Shown in pieces: positions 36,006 to 36,794 of a DNA stretch of 36,794 bases. This DNA comes from a virus (taxonomy: Duplodnaviria; Caudoviricetes): positions 1 through 36,794 of the IMG/VR virus record IMGVR_UViG_3300011339_000519, one strand, 5' to 3'. The position numbers and the translations under genes are program-made. The notes beneath the pieces were generated by a model, which saw only the letters and a list, made by a program, of their open reading frames with translations, was not told the DNA's origin and did no database searches. Each line of letters begins with the position of its first letter. Position 1 is the first letter of the stretch.

Positions 36006-36628
36006 TGGCACTGACAACTTATGCAGAACTGAAGACATCCATTGGTGACTGGCTTAATCGGTCAGACCTGACCACAGTCATTCCTGACTTTATCTCTTTG
36101 GCCGAGGCACAAGTGGAACGAACACTGCGCACCAGGCAAATGATTGTGAGGGCCAATGCTTCTTTTGATGCGCAATATGGTGCTGTGCCAAGCGACTTTC
36201 TTGAAACCAAATCTCTCAAACTGACCAGCACAAATCCACAGACTCCATTGGAGTTTTTGAGCATTGATGCCTTGGACCAGAAGGCTGCCGAATATACAGC
36301 CAGTGGCAAGCCACGATTCTTTGGTGTTGTTGGTGGGCAATTCCGCATTGTCCCAACACCAGACGCAAATTACACCACTGAGCTGACCTATTACGCAAAG
36401 TTGTCAAAGTTATCAACTAGCAACACCAGCAATTGGCTTTTGTCTTCAAGTCCTGACATTTATCTGTATGGAAGTCTTCTCCAGGCTGCACCATACTTGC
36501 AAGATGATGCGAGAATTCAGACATGGGCAACGCTGTATGAGCGAGCCTTGAACGATTTACAAACTGCCGATGATCGCGGTGCATCTTCTGGTGGTGCATT
36601 GCTGACCCGTGCAAAGACTTTTGGATAA
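36005..36628 (+). CDS. Head-tail adaptor, variant allele of 114-737
   Basis: 207 aa with 5 amino-acid differences from copy 1. Confidence 0.65.
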   Translation: MALTTYAELKTSIGDWLNRSDLTTVIPDFISLAEAQVERTLRTRQMIVRANASFDAQYGAVPSDFLETKSLKLTSTNPQTPLEFLSIDALDQKAAEYTASGKPRFFGVVGGQFRIVPTPDANYTTELTYYAKLSKLSTSNTSNWLLSSSPDIYLYGSLLQAAPYLQDDARIQTWATLYERALNDLQTADDRGASSGGALLTRAKTFG

Positions 36629-36638
36629 GGACTAGACC

Positions 36639-36794
36639 ATGTCATCTTTTACCGACTACACCGAAAACCTAGTTTTAACCTGGGTTTTCACATCTAGCAG
36701 CGCAACACGCCCAACTGCCTGGTATGTTGGCCTTTTTACGGCTGCACCTAGCGACACTGGTGGCGGCACTGACGTGACCGGGAATGGCTATGCG
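36639..36794 (+). CDS. Partial variant allele of 748-1143, truncated by the window end
   Basis: MSSFTDYTENLVLTWVFTSSSATRP...GGGTDVTGNGYA. Confidence 0.8.
   Translation, partial: MSSFTDYTENLVLTWVFTSSSATRPTAWYVGLFTAAPSDTGGGTDVTGNGYA

Larger units (their letters stand above)
35892..36794 (+). repeat. Imperfect direct terminal repeat, copy 2
   Basis: Colinear with 1-903. Confidence 0.97.

Noticed and set aside
35892-36794. True gene duplication or T7-like fixed terminal repeat
   Set aside because: Copies are not identical, begin mid-gene, and the exact match is 127 nt, which points to an assembly overlap between strains.

Overview
This window is an apparently complete (~35.9 kb unit length), circularly permuted genome of a tailed dsDNA phage with podovirus-like architecture; no tail tube, sheath or tape-measure gene was recognised. 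Bases 1-903 recur at 35892-36794, identical for exactly 127 nt and divergent after that. Gene order on the + strand: head-tail adaptor, tail/tail-fibre genes, an AT-richer cassette (DUF1566-like receptor-binding protein, sulfotransferase, APS kinase), lysis genes (holins, GH108 endolysin), tail nozzle and five probable ejection proteins. A short leftward block and an HTH regulator follow. The replication block holds an SSB, SNF2 helicase, DpdA/TGT-like protein, Cas4-like nuclease, prim-pol/helicase and VRR-NUC, but no DNA polymerase. Then come TerS, a DnaA-box cluster, TerL, small basic proteins, glycosyltransferase plus methyltransferase, portal, scaffold, major capsid and a second glycosyltransferase. 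No integrase, tRNA or CRISPR array was seen. Highlights: (1) a stand-alone DpdA-like gene apparently split by an A9 tract; (2) a sulfation/glycosylation toolkit inside the structural operons; (3) an oriC-like DnaA-box array plus a second iteron-like site; (4) a structured RNA leader whose loop is complementary to the primase translation start region; (5) a probable injected protein with glycosylase-like motifs. All family calls come from motif recognition by eye; no database searches were run.
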